Assembly: GCF_023055435.1 (NCBI RefSeq)
Contig: NW_025963891.1
Location: forward strand, 10,292,001-10,356,000
Direction of reading: 5' to 3'
Length of the DNA: 64,000 nt
Source of the DNA: Haliotis rufescens
Lineage: Eukaryota
Of this stretch, positions 34,710-46,900 are shown in pieces (the first letter of the stretch is position 1; every line of letters starts with the position of its first letter). The notes below the pieces were generated by a model. The model saw only the letters and a list, made by a program, of their open reading frames with translations, had not been told where the DNA came from and did not search any database. Made by a program: the position numbers and the translations under genes.

Positions 34710-34920
34710 ATGTCAAGGAATCGGCCGTCGAGCAGCCAGTCCCGCACGGCGTGGGGCGATGAGGGCATGGAGGGGTATGGGCCAGATATTCGGGATGACC
34801 CCGACCTCCCTGATCAAGTTTACATGGACCAGGACCGCCGAGGAAACGTGCCCGCCGTTAGGACCAAGAGCACGCCACAGAACACTGGGTGCATGGGAAC
34901 CTTCGTCCGTGGTCTTAGAT
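34710..34920 (+). CDS. PKD2: PKD2 coding exon 1
   Basis: [17 protein letters not shown]...GTFVRGLR; donor GTAAGT, phase 1. Confidence 0.85.
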
Positions 34921-37900
34921 GTAAGTAAATCTATCTGTCAAAACATGGTACTCTGATTTTGTTAGAGACAGTTGGTATTAATGATTTCATGAACTTTGAT
35001 ATGACATTCTTCTGTCTTTACCAAATTTGAAAAATATCTTTTGGACATTTTGGACGACAATCTGACTGAAATGTTTTGAAGGAGTTTGACATGTGTGACA
35101 ACAAATTTTCAATAAATATTTATGCCTGCAATCGTATTTGTTCAGACCTGTCATAGCATTTTAACTCCAAAACTGCAAACAAATTGTTTAGGTAGTTAAG
35201 TGAGGAAGAACATTTCATGCGAAATAAGGCTCTTATCATGTAATAGTATTATTAATCTTATGGGCATGTTTGCTGCATGTATCTGATGATTTTAAGGTTT
35301 CAGTAAATAAAATATTACTTTATCATAATCATGAATAACATGGGTTCAGATTGTCCTTTCAAAATGTCTGGTTCCTGATGTCTCTTTCGGATATGTTCGT
35401 CATGTTCATCTCTGACTGCTATTCTCAGGGAATTAATATTTGATGCCTGGGACCGGTTCTACAACTTCATAATGTAACCCAATCCTGGTGTTGTGATGGT
35501 ACCATGGACACAATATTGATTATCTATGCGAAAACTCTTTCCAGAGCATAAACAGCTTTTGTTAAATTCTGCTTGCAATGGATGTTATTGATTGGCTATA
35601 TTGGTTCTCATGTAGTCTTGTTGATCCATTGCTATACCAGCTTTGAAAGAAGCTTAGGTACATTGTCATGGCTGTTGGAAGAATATGTCATAACAAAATC
35701 AATTTTGGTGCCATGACAACTTGTGGCAGGATTGACTTTGTCTCCATAATGCAAAGACGAAACTGAGGCGCTTGAGGGTTCAAGCTGTATTAATGATTAT
35801 AAATGAAATAGATGATGGGTTAATGTTTCTTTTGTTATTGAATACACAATACTGGTTCCCATAGACAATGATAAATTGAAAACTTTGTGTATATCATGGT
35901 CCATGGTAATAAATGGATTAGTCATAATTTAGCAGTCTTCAGAACATGCAAAATGCAACATTTTCCTAGATTTACTTTGATCAAACAATGCATATGAACA
36001 TGAATAACATTGTTAAAAAAAAGAGTACCCTTTGCAGGCAAATTGGGCAAAAAATCATTATACTGTGCAAACATGATTTTTTTTAAAATTCTTATTTTCT
36101 GAAACTTGGATTGTTTTAACATAGCATACGGCATATTGAGTGCAGTGACGTAAAACTAAGTAAAAAAGGACATATACGCTTACCATGCTTACAGGGCTGA
36201 TGGAATGTGCAGGTTACCAAAAACACGGTTAACATGGGTAACAAATTCTTTGTATTGTGGAATGGTGATTTAAGATTGAATGGCACAGTAAAATTAGTTC
36301 TCAGTGCCTGAAGCAGTGAAGAGCACACAAAACCAGTGTGATGCTGCTTATTAATTATGATCATATGAAGTAAGTGTAATTGTACTTTTTGAACCTCTGC
36401 TCTTGACAATTGCATGGGAAATGATGACCATTTGAAGGCATGTAACCATGGTAACATGTGTAATGCACAGTATGTAAATCAAAAGGAACCTGGGAACTCA
36501 GAAGTTGAAAAGTGTGTTACCATGATTACCTCTTGTATCTAAATTACAGGTACTAACTTTATATATGGCACTTGATGTTCATAGGATAATCCCTGTTAGG
36601 CATTATAAACAGCGTTAGAATTTGGCACTGGTCCCTACCCTTGGGACTCAGAAGTTGAAATGTGTGTTACCATGATTACCTCTGGTATCTAAATTACAGG
36701 GTACTAACTTTATATATGGCACTTGATGTTCATAGGATAATCCCTGTTAGGCATTATAAACAGCGTTAGAAATTGGCACTGGTCCCTACATCCTTGCCAA
36801 ACTGCCCAATAGTTCAGGTATCATAAGGACTAGTAGAAATTTGCCCTTTTAGGGTTTGGCTGTATGTTATCATCATAAGGACTAGTAGACTAAAACTGTT
36901 AGTTTCTATCACTGTAAAGTATTCTGGATTTCATTCTTTGATGATGTTCACTGGGAACAACTTGTGGACACTGACTTACGATATAAAACAAGGCTTCACC
37001 AGACCTCCAGATAAGCTGTGTATATGCGTAATTATGCACAATATATCACCATTCCCAAATAGGCATGATAATGTTGCTTGTATACAAATATGCAGGAAAT
37101 TGAAAAACAAACAAAATAAATAGTGAAAAGATACTGCATAATTAATTTTCAAATGCAACCTTTCAGCTTGCGTACATGCATGTTTACAGATATTTATGTA
37201 CTGATCCAATGCAGGCCTCACGTATGTACGTGAACTCTACTGGAGTGAATTTTGCAGGACCCGTGAAGATCCAGGGTAGACTGGGTCTTCGGCAACCCAT
37301 GCTTGCTGTAAAGGCGACTAATGGGATCGGGTGGTCAGGCTTGCTGACTTTTGTATTCCAATTCAGCGTTAGAAATAAGCACTAGTCCTTTTGTCCTTGC
37401 TAGTCCTTTTGTCCTTGCCAAACTGCCCAATAGTTAATGTATCATAAGGACGAGTAGAAATTGGCCAATTTTAATTTTTTTCTATATTTTATCATTATAA
37501 GGACTAGTGGATTAAGAATGTTAGTTTCTATTGCTGCAATTATGTATTCCAATCACTGGATTATCTGGTCCAGGCTCAATTATTTACAGACTGCCATCAT
37601 ATAGCTGGAATATTGCTGAGTATGGTGTTAAACAACAAACAAACCAACAAAGGATATTGCAAAGAAGTGCTGTCTCTCTTATCTGGCTGTTGTGAGCTTA
37701 TGCCATATGTGACACTTGGGGCATCACAATGACAGGTGCAAATTAGAAGTCACCTGAAACAGCGTTTTAATATAAGTAGAATTATTTTTGATAAAGGGTC
37801 ACTCATGTCCAATCATGCAATAGACCATGATAGACTGGCCCCAAGGGGTAAAATATCAAGCTCCTTCCCAGCGTGTGACACCTTCGTTACACTCTCGGTA

Positions 37901-40900
37901 ACATCGCTGCCACCAGTGTGGGCGCGGCCATTACAAGAATCTTGAAATTTGGCCTCTAACCCCAAATGTAGTAATGTTCATGCTTTTGTTTATGTGTTCG
38001 GGAATGCCATCATAGTGAATTTTGTAAAGGTTTACGACTGACCATGTTTTCCAGATGAATTTACTTTGTTGTTTGTATAATCAGATTGGTTCGAGATTGC
38101 AGACTAACGGAAAATCAACCAACTTCTCCCTTACATTTTTACTTTATCAATAACATGATAGTTTTAATGAAATAGAAATTCAAATTGACAAACAAAGAAA
38201 GTAATTTAGCAGGGGTAAGTGTAATTGGCGTCACGACAGTCGTCACTTGTTTGTAAACATAACGGTCTTTTGGTTGTGAGTTGAACTCCAAGTATGGTTG
38301 GGGTCACCTATCACAGTGGGGAGTTTTGACTGGTGGCAGCGATATAGAGAGCTCCGTGAACGGGCTATTGCTGCGAGGAGCATGGGTAAAATATATTGAA
38401 CACACAAAGAAGGCTATCAATAATGAAAGTGAAAGATAACATGGGAATAAATGCTCAGTGGTTCCAAAAATTATCTCGAACCCTGCAGTTCAATCTTTAA
38501 TGCTACTCGTCATTAGTGAAACAAATTGTCATTTTAGATATTAATGAAATAGAATGTTCATCAAACGATCACTATCATAGTACAGCATGGCAAAGATAAT
38601 ATCTTGTCTAAGGTAGATAATATCTTGTCTAAGGTGTTTTGTTTAGTTTAGCACTGCTGATCATGCTGATCTTGTTATTTATTTTCATGTATATTTATAT
38701 GTAGCACTTTGATGCTGTTGGTAAGACTTGGCGTTGCTTTCTTCCAGCACTATGGGCCACAAGGCACACCGAGGAGACCAAGTCAAACAGGGAGCTGTAT
38801 GTGAAGACCACCCTGAGAGAGTTGATCATCTACATCGTGTTCCTTGTCATCATCTGTGTCAGTAAGTAGCAGCTGTTGCACACTGTCACATGTAGTGCTG
38901 TCTAGCTTCCGGAAGGTCATCTTGACTGATGGTATGGTGTGGCAAATTCCTGTCAGTGGGATGTTTACCATGTTTAAGGTAATCAAACCCATTTTCAGGT
39001 AGGATTTTGTGATCTAAACAGAAAATGCTTGAGATTATTTGCCAAACTGATACTGTTTCAGAGTAAATGATCAAAAGCTTAATGCATGAGATATTCTTGC
39101 AGCATTGCTTTCATTCAACATGTTATTGTTATTATTCAAGTGGTTTTAATCAAGTGTGTAAATTTTGATTATTGAATGTACTTGACACAGTGTATAAGAG
39201 TTACAGGAATACGATATGCCTATTTTGTATTGTTGTGACCATGGTACCTGCAATTTGTTGCTTTTTACAGTTACATTTGGCATGACAAGCACCACCATGT
39301 ATTACTACACCAAGGTAATGAGCGATCTGTTCCTGGACACCCCTAACTCACTCGCAGGAACCTTCCGAGGAATCACCAGTGTTGATGACTTCTGGAGGGT
39401 AAGTACAAGTTTGTGATAGGGGTGTTGGGTACTGGTGATGTTTTAGTAGTATTATACACCAGTGCCCATGGTTGTGCTGTAGGGCTATGTATTGGCAAAC
39501 AATTTGTATTGCAATACATCAAATACAGGTATCTGTATTATGATACGCATTGCAATATATTGGGAGTGTTTGACAGTGACTGACACTGATTTTATATGTT
39601 CTACATACTTCGTTTAATATTACTCAGCATGGTCAGTCGCCACCATTTTGTAGTCATGCATACAGGGGGGTGACAATGTGAGAGAAAAGTCACTTCCTCG
39701 TTTCCGCCATTTTGGCAATCAATTTCAAAGGGAAAGATAATTTTTGTTTGAACTTCTGTGTAGGTTTAAGGTTATGTTTATTTTACCCCAATATACTGGA
39801 ACACAGAAAAAGTATTCCTATACGTGTTGCAGTTCATCAGTGATACCGAGAAAAGAGAAAAGTATTATTCCTTTAGGTGCAGAGCTCATCTTTCTAGAAG
39901 CACTGACACTGATAAACTTCCCAGGGATTTTAGTGATGTTCAAATTTTTTAATGTCAACACTTTTGTATACTTTTCATGAATGTTGACATCTAAGATCTT
40001 TCGGGGGCACGGGTGGCCCAGTCGTCTAAGGCGCCGCGATTTGCTGTGCAGAGTTGCGTCCCTTGGGCACGCCAGAAACCTATGATTGTGGGTTCGAATC
40101 CCGAATATGTTTCTAGGTTTGTCAGCACCATACCCGTGCTCGTGGGTTTAACCGAAGTGGTAAATGTCTGAGACCTGCATCACTTCGGGCTTTCCTCCCA
40201 CATTAAGCTGACATGCCGTGATATAACTGGAATACTGTTAAAAGCGGCGTAAAACCCAACTCACTCACTCACTCACTCACTCACTCTAAGATCTTTCGCC
40301 TTTTTACTCCATCATGTCCATTTTTGCAATATTTTTTAAAGTGAATGCAACTTAATGGTCCGAAACCTTTGTTTGTTTTGTGGTGTAATGTTTTTACTCT
40401 GTTATTGCCAAATGGATAAGAGGCATTATGGTGGACATAGTGTTTGCTCGTCATGCCGAAGTGTCAGGTTCGATTCCCGACGTTGGTACAATAGGTGCAG
40501 CCCATTTCTGGTGTCCCCCACTGTGATATTGCTGGAATATTGCTAAAAGTGGCTTAAAACCATACTCACTCCCAAACGGATAAAGACATTCGAGGACTGA
40601 TCTCTGAGTTAAACATACCTCACTGTACGTCCATTCCAATAAGTTAGTCTCTCTCACAGTAAGGTGTTCTGTGTTTGTAAGATAGGCTTTTTCCTTATCA
40701 GTTCACCAAGGGCCCCATGCTCCGTGGCCTCTACTGGGAAACCTGGTACAACAAGGAAGCCGTCCCAGAGCAACAGCTGGGTTATATATACTACGAAAAT
40801 AAGCTACTAGGCATGCCCCGACTCCGACAACTGAAGGTCCACAGCAACTCCTGCATTGTCCACGACGACTTCACTGATGTTATCAAGGAATGCTTTGACT

Positions 40901-43900
40901 CCTACTCCACCAGCATTGAGGACACCCACACCTTTGGGAACTATGATCCCAATAGTGAAATTGCCAATTACACTGCGTATGTATTTATACTTATCATTTC
41001 AGACAGGTGTAGGCCTGGGCCCACTTGCACAAAGCGGTCTTAGCCTATGTTAAAGTATGGGAGTTACGATCACCTTAGCGCTAAGATTACTTTGTGCAAG
41101 TGGGCACTGGAACTTAAGTTGATGTTAGAACGTTAGTGAATATTTTGTTTGTGTCAACTGGGAATATGTTGGTGATTGTGACTATGATTATTATCCCCCG
41201 CCGCGCGAAAGCGCGAAGCGGGGGATATAGTATTCACGACCGTCCGTACGTACGTCCGTCCGTACGTCCCACCTGTTTGTTGCCGCGATATCTCAAGAAC
41301 TAAACACTGGATTGTCTTCATATTTGGAACTATGGTGTATATACAGACTCCGCAGACACCAGTCGGTTTTGGTGACCTTGATCCCATTTTCAAGGTCACA
41401 GCAGACAAATCTGCTTTTAGAGTTGGAAAACGGTGTTGCCGCGATATCTCAAGAACTAAACACTGGATTGTCTTCATATTTGGAACTATGGTGTATATAC
41501 AGACTCCGCAGACACCAGTCGGTTTTGGTGACCTTGATCCCATTTTCAAGGTCACAGCAGACAAATCTGCTTTTAGAGTTGGAAAACTGTGTTGCCGCGA
41601 TATCTCAAGAACTAAACACTGGATTGTCTTCATATTTGGAACTATGGTGTATATACAGACATCGCAGACACCAGTCGGTTTTGGTGACCTTGACCCCATT
41701 TTCAAGGTCACAGCAGGCAAATCTGCTTTTGGAGTTAGAAAACGGTGTTGCCGCGATATCTCAAGAACTAATCGCTGGATTGTCTTCATATTTGGAACTA
41801 TAGTGTATATACAGACACCGCATACACCTGTCAGATTTGGTGACCTTGACCCCATTTTCAAGGTCACAGCAGGCAAATCTGTTTTTGGAGTTGGAAAACG
41901 GTGTTGCCACAATATCTCAAGAACTAATCGCTGGATTGTCTTCATATTTGGTACTATGGTGTATATGGCGGGGGATATTTCGTCACTCTGTGACAAATAC
42001 TTGTTTGTTGTTTTTTCACCACACTCGAAAAATATTCCAGTTATATAACAATGGCCTGTAAATGTTCAAGTCTGGGACAGATAATCAAGTAATTTTCCAG
42101 TAATCAAATTTTTTGGGGTATGTTAAAAGACTATCAACCAAGTCACCGTGCCACCTGATCCATTAAGTCGTAAGGCAAGCATAGGTTGATAGGGACTCGT
42201 GACTTATTTATTGTGACTATGTGCATGTTGTGACTGTCTAATGTCAGAGTGTGAGTGTGAGACTGTCTGGGAATGTATGTGACTGCTTTTCAATAACGAA
42301 AAACCTGGTTCACAATAACTCTAGCCAGATCAGCCTGGTTTTTACTGGAGCTAACACTTTACGGATGGAATGTGTGGTATTAATAATTCAAAAGATCAAG
42401 CTACTTGTCCTATTGATCCAACATTATATTATACGATCATTAACAATGGCCATTTTCTGTGGCATATCTAGAGTTAATATACATGGTAGGGGTTGATATT
42501 GTCTGTGTCTGTCACATGTTGGACAATCAGCCACCATGGCAAATACTTCACAGGTTTGAATACATACACTTTATTCCTCCGTCACATAAAGCAGCTGTGA
42601 CTGTGGATTAGTACCAATGTGTGTTTCTTCTTAATCTGCTGACAAATGTGTGAGGCCATTTATAACTCACAGAAGTCAAATAAGAACAACTCAGTGCATT
42701 GACTCTTTGCAAACCTTACCTTTACCTGACATTGAAGACTGCCGCCTTGGTTTAGTGGTGGTGCGTCCGCCCGGAGAGCGGAAGGTCCGAGGTTCAATCC
42801 CCCGACGTGTAATACCAAAAGACGTTAAAAGATGGTACTTGTTGTTACCCTGTCTGGCGCTCGGCATTAGAGTCAGTGTACTGTGTCTGAGTGGAATATT
42901 CATGTTAAACCACATGGTCTCAGTGAGCTAGCTCTAGAAATTGGCATCAGTCCGGACTAGTACAAGCAGCCACACGTCGCTATATAAGTGGAATAATCTT
43001 GGACACAAGGTTATACCCAATTTCACCTCACCTGATATTGAAACAGTATGTAGGGCCACAGGACCATGTAGCATATGATAATAACGAACAAGCTCACAGA
43101 TGAAGTTTGTTTCGGTCACGTCTGCGAGTTTGTTTGTTATTATTATTAGTTACATGGTCCTGTGGTAGGGCAGATGAGTGCAAGTCTATGGCACATGTTG
43201 CAAGGGAAATATGATCAAATTTGGGTGACGTAATCTGAGTGCTCATTGATGTGAGCACTTTCTGGTTTCCTCCACTATTCCGTTCATGTAGGAACAAGGC
43301 AGTAACTTCAATTGTTGGTTAAAAATAGTGACTGTACCTCAAAACAGTCCTATGAATTCAAAGGTGATGGAAGGACTTAGTGTATACAAAACTTGTAAAG
43401 TATTGACGATGATCAACCACATGTTACTAATTGTTTAAAGCATGTTTGACATTCTGAGGTAAGATACGTGTTAGACATTCTGTCAGGTGTTAGGACGATT
43501 TCACATATAATAAACAAGCTGTCTTCTCTTCTGATCTTAGACAACAATCCATCATCTGCAACATGGCGCCACAGTCGCCATTGGGGGTTCTGTGTCTGTA
43601 TTTATGATGTATGTTTTAATTTCTGTTCCTTGTTGTAGGTGGAAGTATAAAACGGAATCAGAACTAGAAGGTTCGTCACATTGGGGGTTGCTGACCACGT
43701 ACTCCGGAGCAGGGTATGTTCAGGATCTCCGGGCCAGCATGAATGAGTCGCAGAAAATAATAGACAACTTGTTCAATTCGTTATGGATAACGCGGGGGAC
43801 AAGAGCGGTGTTTATAGACTTCACGGTCTATAACGCAAATATCAACCTCTTCTGTGTTGTCAGGTATGTATAGACATGTATGTTGTATGTAAGATATTTT

Positions 43901-46900
43901 ATCAATTATGATCATGATGATGTGAACATGATGAATATTTTATTTGTAACCATGGTAACCTCCAGTTAGACTTATGGTCATCATGATTTTGAGGATTATT
44001 TGGCATAAATTTATTTCAAATTCCTTTTTCACATCCTTCTACATCTGTGACTGTTTCTGTTGTATGACAGATGTAAATTTTGAGTTGTCTCCCTTAGACT
44101 TCTGGTTGAGTTCCCTGCCACCGGAGGCGCGATCCCATCATGGACTTTCCGAACTGTGAAACTGATCCGTTATGTGACTGTTGGGGACTACTTCATCATG
44201 GCCTGCGAGTGTATCTTCTGTCTCTTCATCCTGTACTACATCGTGGAGGAAGTGCTGGAGGTGAGGCTGTTCAGGGTTAAACCATACCTTCACTCATATT
44301 AGAGCTCTCTATTTGATCAGAGGTGGTCCTTAAATAGTTTGATCATTACACAGAAGGCCCAGTTTTGATTCCCAATTTTGAAGCCAATTTCTGGGGTCAA
44401 CCCAAGTACCTTGTGATCTGGTGATATGCTGGAATTTTTGTTAAAGTGATTTAAAACCTTTCTCACTCTTTCTATTTGGTCATGTTTGTTGGCATTCCTT
44501 ATCAAAGCTTTAATTGCTCATTCCCTGCTCAGAGTCTTGGCAGCATAGGTCATGCTTTTTTGTTTGGTTGTGTTTGGATTGGCAACTTGAGCATGTTGAG
44601 TGCTCACTGTCTGTCACATTGCGCTGACACTGTCCCACACTGATCCCTAAACATTTCTTTTGTTTTCTTCAGATCAAGAAACACAAACTGACCTACTTTA
44701 AGAGCGTCTGGAACATCCTTGACATCCTGGTCATCATGATATCACTAATCTGTGTGGCGTTTGACATATATCGGACAGTTGCGGTCGGGGATAAGTTAAC
44801 ATCACTGCTGGAGAACGACAAAGTGTACGCGGACTTCGAGAGACTGAGCTACTGGGAGACTCGCTTCAGCAATGCTATTGCTATAGCGGTCTTCTTGGCG
44901 TGGATCAAGGTAAGGCAGTTGTCTGGGAGGCAAAGATGGGATACAGGGGCTCTCGAAATTGCGTTAGCTCTTGCAATAATAGGGTTGTTTCAGTAAAGTT
45001 TGGGTTCTTACTTTAGTGAAGTGTGGGGTCATCCTCAGTAAAGTTGGGGTCTTGAATCAGTATAGGTTCTTATTTTAGTAAAGTTTGGGCTTGTCTCATT
45101 AAAGTTGAGGTTTTCCTTAGCAAAGTTTGGGCTCTTGCCTCAGTAAAGTTGGGCTATGGTAGTGGTAATGTCATGTACTTGTACAGTATTAAGGTTATGT
45201 ATTACTTTATTACTGATTCTTAATTGTTACAGCCCTAAATGTGTTTGTAATCAATGCCTTTGAAGAATAGTTGCTAAACGTATTTGAAGAATAAGGTAAT
45301 CTTGATCATGAAATCTTAACTTTAGTGAAAGATGAACTAACATGTTTTATGTCCCTACGAATCCCTTCTGACTGTCACAAACATTGTGTGTTCAGATCTT
45401 CAAGTACATCAGCTTCAACAAAACCATGACCCAGCTGTCTTCAACCCTGGGGCGCTGTGCTAAGGACTTGGCAGGCTTCGCTGTCATGTTCTTCATCATC
45501 TTCTTGGCTTTCACACAACTGGGTTATCTGCTCTTTGGAACCCAGGTCAAGGACTTCAGCAGTTTCCAGGACTCCTTGTAAGTCACCAGCTGGCCTTTAA
45601 AGCTGTACTCTTACAACTTAAGCTTAGCTTCAATAACATTTTACAGAGATTCTTGTATATGTTGAATAGTAACAGATTATTTCAAATATATATGCAGTGG
45701 TGCTTGTTTCATCCCCTCCACATAGTTCAGTTAACTGAGCTTGTGTGTCATGTTGATCTGGGTGACTTGTCAAGAAGTTATCTATAAACATTTCCTTATG
45801 TCTGTCATAGGCATGGCCAGACCTAGTAATCCTTTGCATTGCAATTTGTTGTGCAAAGTTGCTTCCTGAACCGTGCTTGGATTCCCAAGTTATGTGTTTG
45901 AATCCTAGATTTGCCCTGATTACGACCCTTGGTTGGCATCATACCAGAGTGGGTGCAGGTCTTCCTCCTGCTCCACTGGGGCTCTCGACCCGTGAAGATT
46001 TCGGGGTAGAATGGGTCTTCAGCAACCCATGCATGCCGTAATCAGGTGGTCAGACTCGCTGACTTGGTTGATGCATGTCATCGATCCCAATTGCGTGGAT
46101 CGATGCTCATGATATTAATCACTGGATTGTCTGGTCCAGGCTCGATTATTTACAGACTGCCGTCATATAGCTGGAATATTGCTGAGTGCAGCGTTAAACA
46201 ACAAACCAACCAACCAACCACTGGGGCTTTCCTAACTCATTAAGCTGACATGCTGTCACACAACTGAAATATTGTTTTCTTACAACTGACTCTGTGTTCC
46301 AGCTTCACCCTGTTCCGTATCATCCTGGGAGACTTCGACTTCCACCAGCTGGAGGCTGCTAACCGAGTGCTGGGACCGATCTTCTTCATGCTGTTCGTGT
46401 TCTTTGTCTTCTTCGTGCTCATCAACATGTTCTTGGCTATCATCAATGACACCTACTCTGAGGTTAAGGGTGACATGGCCAACCAGAAGAATGAGTTCGA
46501 GATGACCGACTTCTTCAAGAAGGTCAGTGGAAGTGTTGACAATCACTGAGAGGGAATGAAGAAAATAAAATTTATCAAAATAATGATATTTGTGTGATGG
46601 TCAGATTAATGTATCAAGGCTTATATCAGAATAATATTTATAGTTATCCATAGACATGAAAGAATAATTTTGCATGCTGTTTTACCTGGTTGGTCAAAAG
46701 GGCTATACCATTTTACTTCCATTGTTGATTGTATTTTTCTAGGGAGCACAGAAGATGATGGACAAACTGAACTGGAAGAGAGACAAGATCGTGGACATCC
46801 AGAAAGCGCTGCAGTCAGCCGACATCAACGACGACAAGCGACTCGACTTCGATGAATGGAGACAGGACCTGAAGACGTGAGTGTTACTGACCATTATATA

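Noticed and set aside
41154-42048. 280-, 238- and 163-aa repetitive ORFs
   Set aside because: Produced by the 156-bp array (a multiple of 3) of a non-autonomous HINE in a PKD2 intron.
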